This document shows positions 37,839 through 50,500 of a DNA stretch of 64,000 bases, one piece after another. The position numbers and the translations under genes are program-made. The notes under the pieces are model-generated. The model had not been told where the DNA came from. It searched no databases and saw only the letters and a program-made list of their open reading frames with translations. Origin of the DNA: Squalus acanthias (lineage: Eukaryota). The stretch lies in assembly GCA_030390025.1 (NCBI GenBank), contig CM059438.1:87110001-87174000 (forward strand). Direction: 5' to 3'. Every line of letters starts with the position of its first letter. The stretch's first letter is position 1.

Positions 37839-40800
37839 AGAGGATATGTGACCTTCCCAATGCATTTGTGAACCAGCTGCTAGACTCCCTTTTTCTTTAT
37901 CCTTCTTCCCTTGTCAGGAAGTTTCCAGCCTTCACTTTGCCGCAATACCATATAACATTATAAATAACTGACACTAAGGAGCGGATTCAGTACGGTCATC
38001 TAAACTGTAGAGTCAGGCAATTGTTCTTCGTCAGTTGCACTCCCATGTTATAACATCCTCAGATTAAATATCTACCTTATTAATGGTCTATGTACATTTA
38101 ATGTTGAACTATCTGGTAACATGAGCAGTGGAGTGATTGTCACCCAGCATTAAGGCAGCAAGCAGAGTTTAAAATTCCAGCATTGTATGGCCCTCACATC
38201 TCCCTACCTCACTTTGGGGCATTTCACTGATTCTTGATTAATCTGGTAGGTGGCGTACCAAAGAGTAAAAATTGCCTCAACTGAGTTGCACCTCCTGCTG
38301 GCTGAATATAGAATAGGGGCTGAAATGAATTGTGGAGAAGTAGGTGGTCCAGATTGACTAAACCCGAGAAGAACCTGTGGTGAGTGGCCTGCAAGACAGA
38401 GAAATCAGTGATCAAAAGTAGAGGGCGAGAACAAAACAAATGTGGCTTGGGGTGGTTGCTCCTAGTGTACGCGACTAACTGGCTCCCATTCAGCTGATCA
38501 GATTGTATTTAGCTTCTCATGCTGCTGTCTGTTTGTGAATGGTGCACCCTCTGTTGCAGGGATCCCCGAGGGGTTATTCTATAATCCTTGCAACAGAAAC
38601 AGTGGGGAATCGTTCTCTCATGTAGCTGCCATTCTTTGAGCTTCGTGCCTGTTGTGCTTTGACTGTTGGCAGCAGTTTAGGGGCCTAGATTTATTGACTT
38701 TGTATCCATACAACTTCTTTTTCCTTCTGTAAGTACAAAGATAAAACTTCTAGTATCTCCCATTACAATCGTTGTGTACAATCTCTTTTGCCAAGAAATT
38801 TGGATGGTATGTGCGGCCATAGCATTGTGTCTATGATCAGCTTAATACAAGCCCTCAGTATTTATGTTGCACACTATATAAGAAGAGTTCCTATTCACTG
38901 AGCAAGAAATTAAACCAATTGCAATTACCAGCAGCTGCTAAACAATATAAAATTATTAGGGTACAACCCGTCACTCCTTTATATCTCGTGTTGTATTTTA
39001 GGCAAAGTGATTTATTTTTTTAAATTGCAGTTTGCACCGAATTCACCAAAACTGTAGCGCTAGAGTCCGAAGTTTGAATCTTGAGGTACATTTTTTTCCG
39101 ACTGCATTGGATAAGTTGTGGCAGTTCTTGCCTCGACCTTTTGACGAGGCAGTGCCCAACGCCACAACATGAGCCACTGGGGAAACGTGCCTCTCGCCTG
39201 TCTGTCTGTCATAAAGCAGTATTGATGACAGCCATGGCAGACCCCGCAGCTCGTACTGTCCAGTTATCCCATAATCCCATTTGAAAGTGAAAGCGTGTCA
39301 GAGTGAGGCAGCCGTTGTATTTTGCTTTGGTAATGGCCCATGACTCGATTTTATTTTTTCCCCCAAGGACAGGGGATCCACACATTCTGAGAAAGTTCTG
39401 CGCTCCAATCGGTTTTACGTTTTTCTCACCAGGATATTAAGGCATTGTATATGCTGGCTGGGAAAATAGTGCGTCTCAAGTCACAAACAAGTAATGATAA
39501 TGCTCATATATTAAGCAGGAATAAGAATTTTCAGCTATTTGACAGATTTTAACATTTTGTCCTTGGAAAGTGGATATGGAGAATCTTGGTTTTTTTAAAC
39601 ATAGGATGTGCAGTATTCACATTCAACCCTTTGATGTCACTCGTGTATATATTTATAGATTGTGCTAGTGACATCTAGTGGTGGTAAAAGAATGATGCAT
39701 ACCCTAGAAAGTTGTTTTACTGTTGTCATTCCTGGTGCATTCAGGGTAACACCTGACTCTCGTACTTAAATAAAGAAGCAATATATCTTATTATGGACAC
39801 TGACATTAGTTTTGTATTCCATTTTTACCTGGATTTGGGATCCATTAAGTGCCTCCATGAGGTGAGAACTGGAAAGATTGTGAGAATTTTATTTCAATCA
39901 AGAGACCTAGGAGAAGACCCAAGATCCATAGGGAAGCACACCATCAGGATAAGCAGGAATAGGAGAGGAAATGAGAGAAATCAAGAAGTAGTGAATGCAG
40001 CGTGCAAAGCTTACATTTGAAAAGCCTGTGGACTGTAGGGGGAAAGGGAGACTGAGGGAGTTAAGGACTTCCAGTTTTACAACAATGTGGTGAGTGACAC
40101 TGTGATTGAAATTCTGCTGTGCCACATTTGTAACACGTCGGTTAAAGGATCTGTAAATGGGTGAACAACTTTGTTAAAACAGCAAACAGAAGAATTTCAC
40201 ACAGACATGTTACCGAACCATTGAAGCCTACTGCAAGAAATGGTCTGACAGTACCTTTCTACCCACTCGAATCAGTAAATTGCCTATCTTTACATTACTG
40301 ATAACGTGTTTACTTAAATTAACTACCATGAGAGTAAATAAACAATTAAAAACAAATGATCACTATCGGTTGATTATAATGATGGCAACTAATGGGTTAA
40401 ACGCCGTTTCACCAATCTCACAAGGTGAGATCACCATGATTCCCTAATTGTCTTTTAACTCGCTTGCAGCCATCTACTAATGTGTCTGTAATGCTGAGGA
40501 GAAAGTGCTGACAGGGAGCAGACTTCCCTAGAGAAACCATTGGGGACAAGAGGCTGTACTCTGCTGCTTGACCCTTACCGGCAGATGGCCATCAGGAATC
40601 AAATACCCATGTGCTGGGAGATAGGGAGAGGATTTAGCAGAGTGATTATTCAGAGATGAATAGAGTGATTAGCTGATAAAGAGCATGTGAGACAGGGTTT
40701 GGGGGCTTTGATCCTCAGTAATAATGCACTGACTGTTGTTAGTGCAGTGGGATGCTCCATGACGAGGGACAGCAGTGTATCACAGGATTACACAGTTTGC

Positions 40801-41449
40801 TGTTGGCTTTAACCCTTTGAGGACTGGTGACTATTTCTGTTCTTAACAAAAATTCTAACGAGATTTGTGTGGGATATTACGTTGCGCTTGGTGTCTTGTC
40901 ATTGCTCTCTCAAGTGTGGTTTTGGGGAAAGGATTTTGCAGGCAAATAATCCTTTGGGGAGAGAGCTCACCAACCGTGCACTGAAACATTTTGCTTCCAT
41001 GAAATGTCAATGAATCTTCTCCCATGAGTGATCTGCTTAGGCCTCTCTCGTGAGTGAAAGAACACGCTATTATATAGTGTGAATCTGTTTTATGGGCATT
41101 GTCAGCTTGGTGTTAAAGTAGTTGGGCAGCACTTTTCTTTATATAGTGTTTTGAATTATAAAGATGTGTGGTACCGTTATTTGCTTTCCAGTTGTGTTTG
41201 TCCATCTACCTTGAGTAGGTATGGGGTGTGGAATGGTGGTTCCACGAATTGGTCCTCCACAGAATGGAAATACACCGGTCATTCACATATCAAATTACAG
41301 ATCTTGCCCGTGCTTTTGGAAAGACAGCTGGGGTGTTTCAAGATGAGATGGGGAGGGAGGAATCGGGGAACAAGCCACTCCGGTGGACTTGAGCACCTCC
41401 TAGTGGCTGGTTGCAGTATAGCTTTGTTAGTAAAGTATGGGGCTGGTAG

Positions 41450-42273
41450 ATGGAGTAGAATTTGATGATATGTGAGGTTCTTCACTTTGGTAGGAAGAAT
41501 AGAAAAACAGCTTATTTTTCTAATGGTGAGAAACTATTAAATGTTGGTGTTCAGAGGGATTTGGGTGTCCTTGTACACGAAACACAGGAAGTTAACATGC
41601 AGGTACAGCAAGCAATTAGGAAGGCAAATTGTATGTTGGCCTTTATTGCAAGGGGGTTGGAGTACAAGAGTAAGGAAGTCTTGCTGCAATTGTACAGGGC
41701 CTTGGTGAGACCACACCTGGACTACAGTGTATAGTTTTGGTCTCCTTACCTGAGGAAGGATATACTTGCCTTAGAGGGGTGCAACGAAGTTTCACTAGAT
41801 TGATTCCTGGGATGAGAGGGTTGTCCTTTGAGAAGAGATTGAGTAGAATGGGCTTATACTCTCTGGAGTTTAGGAGAATGAGAGGTGATCTCATTGAAAC
41901 ATATAAGATACTGAGGGGGATTGACAGGGTAGATGCTGAGAGGTTGTTTCCCCTGGCTGGAGTGTCTAGAACTAGGGGGGGCATAGTCTCAGGATAAGGG
42001 GTCGGCCATTTAGGACTGAGATGAGGAGAAATTTCTTCACTCCGAGGGTTGTAAATCTTTGGAATTCTCTACCCAGCGGGCTGTGGATGCTGAGGCTTTG
42101 AGTATATTCAAGGCTGAGATCGATAGATATTTGGACTCTTAAGGGAATCAAGGGATGTGGGGATCGAGTGGGAAAGTGGAGTTGAGGTCGAAGATCAGCT
42201 GTGATCTTATTAAATGGCTGAGCAGGCTTGAAGGGCTGTATGGCCTACTCCTGCTCCTATTTCTTATGTTCTT
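41450..42273 (+). mobile_element. CR1 LINE 3' fragment
   Basis: ORFs 41462-41734 and 41737-41997 carry CR1 ORF2 motifs; tail ggcctactcctgctcctatttcttatgttctta. Confidence 0.92.
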
Positions 42274-44949
42274 AAAGTAAAATGCCCACGTGCCTGCTCA
42301 GCAAGGGACCCCCAAAACAAGAGTGTGAGGAAAATACAACATAACTTGAAAAGGAAGTGTCTGGACACAAATAGGTTTACAACTATGGAGTGCTACCAGT
42401 AAGTTATCTCATTGTCGTGTAGTCGCAGTGTCAGAGTTACCAGCAACATCTCTTTCTATTTTGACATTTGAAGTGTTGATCTGGTTGTACAAATGCCTCT
42501 AGGCCTCGATTAGCTGATCATTTGGAGCCAGTTTTCAGCGTCGGGAGGAATTGTTTTTCAATATGGTTCCCACTTTCAGAATGGAAGCTGGAACCAAAAA
42601 TGTAAAAGGAGGTGGGGGGAGATAAGGTAGGTACAGTGATTGCAGTGATCTTATTTAAGAAAATAAGTTCTGTGTATCTCAGTAGATTGCCTGCCTTTAC
42701 TGACCTATGTCAGAAGTCTAAAGTCCACATAGGAGGATTTCCAGAATGATGATAGTGCCATAAAGTAATATGTGATTTGATTATTTCTGCTTGATTCCCT
42801 GTACTACTCCCTGTAACACTTTGATATGAGAAATCAGAATATAACCCAGGCTGCGTTGTTCTATTTACTTACTCCACTCCTCTTTCCTCTCACTGTTACA
42901 CGATGGTAAATGTGGGCAGTCTAAGTCCACATTGGCTCAAATTACATGCTGAGACATATATTTGATGTCATGTACTTTCAAAATGAAACTGGAATTGAAT
43001 TTTTAGGAAACTGTAGTGGGATAGTAGATTTTAACCCTTCCACTCACCAACTGCAGTGGAAAATGTCCATGTGTCATTTACCTTGTCATAACAAAGGTAC
43101 GTATCTGAGTTAACCTTTAGTTTACCAACTACGAATACAGTGGAGCCTATGCCACTAACATGAAATGCCATCTGCCATTGTAAAGTTCACCCGGAATCGG
43201 AGTTTTGATACAGCAGCAGCCAACTGAATGATGAGCTACAGTGGGTCTTGAGAGAGTTGTGTGAGGGTTTCATAGTCATTATGATTTTATAGCTTTGCTA
43301 AAGTTCTGGCTGAGTTGATTTTGTTCCATGCATTTCACTCAGAAGGTCAGCTGCATGTGCAGTGTTGATTCCAAAGTAACACAAGTGCAAACTGAAAGCT
43401 AGGTTAGTGCTGCCCAAGCTCTGTTGTTCAAATCTAGATAGTACTTTGTGCTGCTAGAGGGCAGAAGAATATCTGGGGACAAGAGAAGGCTGTTGGACCC
43501 ACCAAGCCTTTCCCGTTTTGATAGATTATCCTCACGTAACTGCCTTCTCACGTGCATATCCCCAAAACTTCTTTTTTTTCCCCCTTCGCAAATTGCAATA
43601 GCCTCGATGGCAGAAAATGCAATCCTTAAAGCTTCTAATTGACGTTCAGGCAGTGGGCAGGTTAGTGTTGAAGACCAGTGGCTTCCTCCTGGAGGGGGTG
43701 TGCCACAATTCTTAAATGAACCATCAGTGGAGAGGGCAGAATTGTCCATGGTTGGCCTTCATGGGCTGTTTAAATGCATCTCCTGGGAGGTACAGAAATG
43801 GTTGGAGTTTATTGCCCATGGCGAACAGTTTAACTACAGGAAGCTATGTTGGGGAAGGGGGAAAACATAAGTCACAAAGTATGTTTATCATTGTCTTCAT
43901 ACACTGAGAGTGTATTTCCCTAGAGGCTGTGTCCTGTTTTGCTTTAGATTAGGGAGTGTGTTATAACACAAGCTGTCTGGAATGTGTTTATAGTTAATGG
44001 AGACTCGTTATAGAGTTTCATCTCTAATGTCCTTCTATTATAATACCAACCAATTCAGTAATGAAGTGGTGGAGTGATGGGGAGAACGTTCTTCCTTGCA
44101 CCAATTAGTGATAATTAATGGTCAGCTTGCTCTGTCCTCCTGTGTGTCTGATGCAAACTATGGTGTGGTAGCAATTACTGGTCAACACATTCATGTATGA
44201 CTGTGTAATTGCACTAATGGTTGGTCAATCAGTCCCTCTATGGCTTGTCTGGCACTGAGCAGCGTTGAGGTGGAGAGCCGCCACCTCAGTGTCCCACATT
44301 CCCGATTTACTTTACTTCCTGCTGCCTCGCCTAATGAAGCCTGAAGACCTGTGATTCCCATTGGCTAAAAGGGAAGGTGTCTGGTTCCACACTTCTTAGG
44401 TTTGAACTGGAATCCTGATGGCAGCTCATGAAACCCTCAAAAACGTGGAGTTGACTCAAATCCGAGTCATTTATCTCAGAGTGCCATCGACTGCACTAAA
44501 ACTGTCTGTAATACAGAACTCAAATAAGGTGTATAATTTGTTACCCTTTTAAAGATTCTCCTCCCGCCCCCGCCCACTTTGCTTGGCTGTAATGCAGTGC
44601 TAATGACCTGGTTATCAGAGAAGTCCATGGTCTAATTACAGGTGTGTGTATGAATTTGATGAGGCCTGTCTGCTCTTCACTCTCGCACCCAGCAATTACT
44701 GACCCAAACCTTTCTAATAAGGTGATTAAGCAACCAATCATTTGCCAGCCTGTCACCTGGGCCATTGCTCAGAATACAAGAGCAACAACACACCGGCTCA
44801 GGCCTGTAATTGAGCTCTCACTGAACCACATCAAATGTATTGTTTCAGAATGAAGGAGTACACAAGATGCATTCATGCGCTGTTGTTCTGTACATTTCCA
44901 TCACTCCTGCATGAGATAGTGGATGGAAGTTACATTTTCAGGATTTATG

Positions 44950-45232
44950 TTGTTGGCTATGATAAATTGACCCTTAGTGTTAGGGGGATTAAATACGTGG
45001 GGTTACGGGGATAGGGTGGGATATGTGTCGGTGCAGGCTCGATGGGCCGAAATGGCCTCTATCTGCATTGTGGGGATTCTGTGATTATAATGGCTAAGGG
45101 GATCAAGGGATATGGGGAGAAAGCAGGGACACAGGGTACTGAATTTGGATGATCAGCCATGATCGCATTGAATGGCAGAGCAGGCTCGAGGGGCCGAATG
45201 GCCTACTCCTGCTCCTATCTTCTATGTTTCTA
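44950..45232 (+). mobile_element. HE1/V-SINE-type 3' half (44950-45085) followed by a CR1 3' tail (45090-45232)
   Basis: Near-identical to 34827-34958; the CR1 tail is near-identical to the reverse complement of 10948-11085. Confidence 0.85.
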
Positions 45233-45584
45233 ATTACAAAAATAAAAGAGAAAGTAGTATTATATGAGGTAGAGCACCGAAATCCCAATCAAATAGGCAG
45301 TGGTACTAATCCCAGGGCTTCCTGTAGCTGTTACCATTGACTGGGCCAGGATGTCCTCAGTCCCTGGTCAGACTGCCGGTAGAATGCTGTGCTCTGTGCA
45401 ACACTCTATCTCAGATTGCATGAAGATTGAGCTGGTCGCTGTGAGCACACATCCTGTCAAGTGATCATGAGGGACTGTTGACAGTGGTATTTCTAAGATA
45501 TAAGTTCAGGGGGAAAGCAAATGTCTCGAGTGTGACTGAGGCGGACAGGTGTCAATCAATGTATGGACTCAGTCTCACACAGTA

Positions 45585-45868
45585 ACAACAACTTGTATTT
45601 ATATAGTGCCTTTAACATAGTAAAACGTCCCAAGGCACTTCACAGAGCGTTCTAAAACAAATTTGACACCGAGCCACATCAGGAGATATTAGCGCAGATG
45701 ACCAAAAGCTTGGTCAAAGAGGTAAGTATTAAGGAGCGTCTTAAAGGAGGAAAGTGAGGTGCCGAGGTTTAGGGAGGGAATGCCAGAGCTTTAGGGATTT
45801 GGGCAGCTAAGGTGGGCCACCAATGGTTGAGCAATTAAAATCGGGGATGCTCAAGAGGCCAGAATTAG
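45585..45868 (-). mobile_element. L2 3' end fragment
   Basis: Reverse complement of the 2850-3141-type tail. Confidence 0.85.
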
Positions 45869-47398
45869 GCATGTGAGAAGACCCTGATCAGGAATTGTAA
45901 ATTTTTAGAGTATTGTGTAAATTTTAAGAGGTGAACAATTTTACCTGCTGTTTAAAAATGCAATATGGAACCCTATAAGAGCCAATCATTCTGGGTAGAG
46001 CATGGTTTATTTATGGGGGCGTATTCTCCAGCTTCTTAAACTGGATGCTTGTCAGTGTAGGATCCTTTACCACATTTTACAAATGTTCAATATTTCAGTA
46101 ACAGCCATGTTGCATGTCCCCTAATATTGATCTCTGAAACACAGCCCAGAGAGGTCAGCACTAAAGGAATCCCATCTCTTTTAGTGTATTAAGAAGAGTT
46201 GTTTTCCTTTAGTGGCTCCCTGTGATGGGTCAGAGAGCTAAGCCCTTCCTACATCATTCTTTCTCTGTTACTGATCAGAGTAACTATTGATTAAGTACTA
46301 GCCTCTTTTATTTGTCAGATCACTAACCAGAATGTTTAAGGGGCCGTGGGATCCTTGCTGTGTTACAAAGTGTTCTTGCACAGTTGCAACTGGATTGCTT
46401 TAGTGAGCATTCTGCCTTGAGTATAGAACATGCAAGTCAATGTTGTGAACCTCATCAGTTTAAAAAGTGTAAAAATTCCAATTAACTCCGATATTAAAAC
46501 AGCATCTAGAAATGCATGAGGCCAGCATAGGCTTTTTAAAACGTCTTCTGAAGCAGTAATTTATAGTTGTTGCACTCGGCATCTGGTGAACTCCATATAA
46601 CACATTAAACTAGATCGACTTGGATCACAAACAGCCCCTCTGAAGAAACACTGATTCTAAAAAACTTAATACGTAGTTTGTAACATTTCACGCGCAACTG
46701 CTCTCCTATAATAAACATCAGCACAAAGAAAATTAACCTTTTACCTTACACCCTTCAGATTGTAGTGTCTATTCCATTCCGCTCTCTCACATCCAGTCTC
46801 TATACCGCCACTTCTTTCCAATGTCGGTACTGCCTTCTCATTTTTAAAAAAGATCTCCCAACTGTATTTATTTTTAAGATATATTAATAATGGATGCAAG
46901 CAAATTCTTGTGTTCCACCCTAAACTTTCCTTAATTTGAAAATTCAGCCCAGAAGTTTGCTGCACCAATATTCGCGTCTCCTCTTCTGGAGCAAAATAGA
47001 AGAAGTGCAGAATTTTTTTCTAATCTTTAAGGTGGTCATAGATAAATATCTAATGTGGGAACAGGACTGGAGCTCTGGGTATGTGTATGAGATATTGATA
47101 TACATGTCTGCATTCCAACAATTTTATGACTTAAAATATTTGCTGGTGTATTTTTGCACCAGATGTGGAGTTTGTAGATATCATGGTTGTATAAAATTGG
47201 GACAGTTTGAATTGATGCTACTGTAAAGGAATCTGGACATGCAGGGAATCTCCATCTAATCCAGATTTGTTTACATCGTGCTGCACAAAAGTGACCTTGT
47301 GTCTTTTTAGTCTTTTAATATCTAAACTCAGACATGATGCTTGTATTAAACAATTGCTCCTTTCAGTTTTTGTCAGCCTTTCTCTCTTCCTTCCTCAG

Positions 47399-47549
47399 GT
47401 CTGGCTTGGGTGGGAATCTGTCTGCTAAGAAACAAGTGGCTTCAATACTACATTCTGAATATTCAAATGGATTTGGAGCAAAGTTTTATAAGGTAAAGAA
47501 GCAGCGGAAGCCTTTAAAAGGCCGCAGACCGCAGCCTGCAAACATCTGA
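47399..47549 (+). CDS. DDX31: DDX31 terminal coding exon
   Basis: Strong polypyrimidine acceptor tctctcttccttcctcAG, phase 2 matching the previous exon. Translates SGLGGNLSAKKQVASILHSEYSNGFGAKFYKVKKQ...* (human EILRSEYSSGM...KVKKQ as recalled). Candidate AATAAA at 47792. Confidence 0.85.
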
Positions 47550-50500
47550 CGCGAGTTCCAAACAGCTGGGGACGCATCGTCAAACTTGATGCTATTAACC
47601 CAGGTCAAGTGACGTCAAAATGAAGCGAACAACACGGAGTGGGGTCCAGCAAATTCACGAATCATCACTGCCCTGAATCTCAGTACTGAACTGAAGGGCA
47701 GGGCAAACTGACTGTCGGTGTCTGTTGGAATTGTGCTTGTTTTTAGGACATTTTAAAAAAATTGCTTGTCACTTATATTTGCGCGGAGATGAATAAAATG
47801 GACTTGAATTAAAATGGATTTGAACTAATTTCACAGAGGCTGCTTTGCAGCTCTTGAAGCTCCCCTCCTAAGTCAGATGCAAACCCAGGTCCCAAAGATG
47901 TGCGGTTAGTATTCTAACACATTGTGATATGCAGGCACGCATCTGAGAGAATAGACATTCAACCCATCTGTCTGCTCTGGATACAAACCCAGGTACCAAA
48001 GATAAGCGGAGCAGTGTTCAACGTCCCTACAAGCAGCTCCATAACAGACAAGGAAGATGGGTGTGCATGAAAGTGGAACAAATCACAGTTGCAATCTTCC
48101 AAGTACTGCGTCTAAAGCAAAGAATCACAAATTCACTACGTCCACTAGATAATAGATAGCTGGCTAATGCAGGAAGCTAACAAGCTAAAACCATCCCAAT
48201 CCTTTTACCAGGTAATCAGATAGCACAGTCTCAGGTATATCAAATCTGGTGTATGATCTGCACAATCTTGATTTCATGGATGTTCCATAACTCTCACTAG
48301 TTTATAGGTGGGTGCCCTGTAGTGTGAGGGCTTGAACTAGACATCAGATGGTGACTTATACCCCAGATTGTACTGTCTTAGTTCCCTATTTTTCAGCTCA
48401 GTCGTCCAATGTGTTTCACCTCCATCTTAATACTTCCCAGGCAGCCTGAAGTCCCCTTTGACAATACCTGTAATCCAGCCTAAAGACGCACCATAACCTA
48501 GAATACTGTCAATCACATGTACTTAATTATGTTCTGATTTCAGAGAAAGAATGTTGACAAAACTCCATGTCTGTTATGAAATTGAAGAACAGGCAGAAAG
48601 AAGGTTGCATGAACGGATAGGACTGCCTTTTATTAAAATTCAAGGTGGTCTTTTTATATACAATAAACAAATTGTGAATTTTAAAATGTGGATTTCATCT
48701 TTAAAATTGCTATTTATCAAAATTTATGTCATTGAAATTTTTAACTCATTTCCATACCTTGTTTTTTTTTTATTAATACCAACATGTATTTAATTGATGC
48801 AAGTATTACCAGTGACTGAGACAGTGTAAAAGAGAAGAAATAAACTGGAGATGTTTTGATCCATTTCAGTTGTTGTCCAGTTTTAAACCTCAGATTTTCA
48901 AAGCTCTGTTATTACCTTTAATGTTGATGTAAGTTTTTCTTGGAAGCTTTTCAAACTGGGCTGCACTCTCTCTTGCTGGGCTGGCGTGTTCTTTCATTTC
49001 CAGCTTGTATACATTATACATTTTTTGAAAGCTATTAGGTTAATTTCACAACTCATCAAAACAAAAAAAAAAAGTCTTAATCTTCAGATTTTAATTACAG
49101 GTTATTTGTAAACCTCATCCTGTGGAGTGTTTCTCTTTTTTTTTATTCTTTGAGAGAGGTTATAAATTTAATTTAAAAAAAAAACTTTGTTGTGCCCTGA
49201 TTTGATTTCATTATTAAGCAATGAGATTATAAGCAATGAGATTATAAGCAACCTCTCATCATCCCCTGGGTTTAAGTCAATCCTTGCAGAATCCTCTCGT
49301 TTTGTTGTGCTGTTTTTTTGTTCTGCGAGTCTCAGAGAGACTCTGTCCGTCACTTCATTAACCCTGAGTCGGCTAGGATCCTGCCCAAGGCCGGGGGGAT
49401 TTGCCCAGACCCTTTCACATGCTAACAAGCACAGATAAACAGCGGATTTTCCCCAAATAAATATATTTTTTCAAAAAAAAAACTTCTTGATTTAATCAGC
49501 TGCTGTGCACTTAGCCATAACTCTCTTCTACACACTCGGGCAACTTTTTTTTCCCCCTCAAACAGCCCTTGGAGAGCTGCAGCAGTCTTTCTGCACTGCT
49601 GTAAACACACCAATATATATTCTCTTGTATTTCTGTTCAAATAATACAGTAAAAGAGCTGCACGCAGCTCAGATCTTCAACATGAGGAATGGAGCATTCT
49701 CGCTTTGAATTGTAGATGATTGAATGTGGATTCTGAAAGTTGCAAAAGATATGAAAGGGCCAAACTAAACTGCCCTGGTTTGTTGGATCTATTTTTGATT
49801 GTATTTTCTTTAAACCCATGTCTGTTTCCTTTCCCTAAGCATTCCATTTGAGACCAGCTTTATTCATCAGTACATCAAAGGCGGCATCAGTTTACTCAAC
49901 TCGGCGCTGAAATGTGACTTTGTTGAGAGGAATTAATTACAGAAATTAAAAACTAAGAAACGGGTACATTTTGTTCCATCGTATAATTCACCCAGGGGTT
50001 GGGTCTGGAAAACATGAAATATGACCGAATTAAGAATAAGTTTGTACATTTATTTTTACAAGTTTGAAACTACTGACACCGATTTACACACACGATAAGA
50101 CTGGGTGCAAAAGCGTATGGCGTACATGACAACGGACGGATTCCTTCCAAGGCAGCGAGGAGTTGAGATAATGCTGTTCAAAGGCAGTTTCAGTCCCCAA
50201 ATTCCAGTCGAATGTCCTAAACCACAAGAGCAAAGCTGGAGCACTTTCTCAGAGCCATCTCAACCCCGGGACGTGCTCCGTCCTTGAAGCATGTTCTAGC
50301 CTGTGTTGTTTCCAATTGATGTACAGGTGGAATTCACGGGGGTGGGTTTATTCCCCCCACTCTTGTATTTTTCTATTGTTGGTGGTGGATATTATGGGCT
50401 GGCTGTAATTGACAGCAGGCTCCTGCCACAAAGTTGCGTGACCTGAATGAAACTTACAAGATGCGAACTACTATGATACTGGGTTACATTTGTTTGCTAG

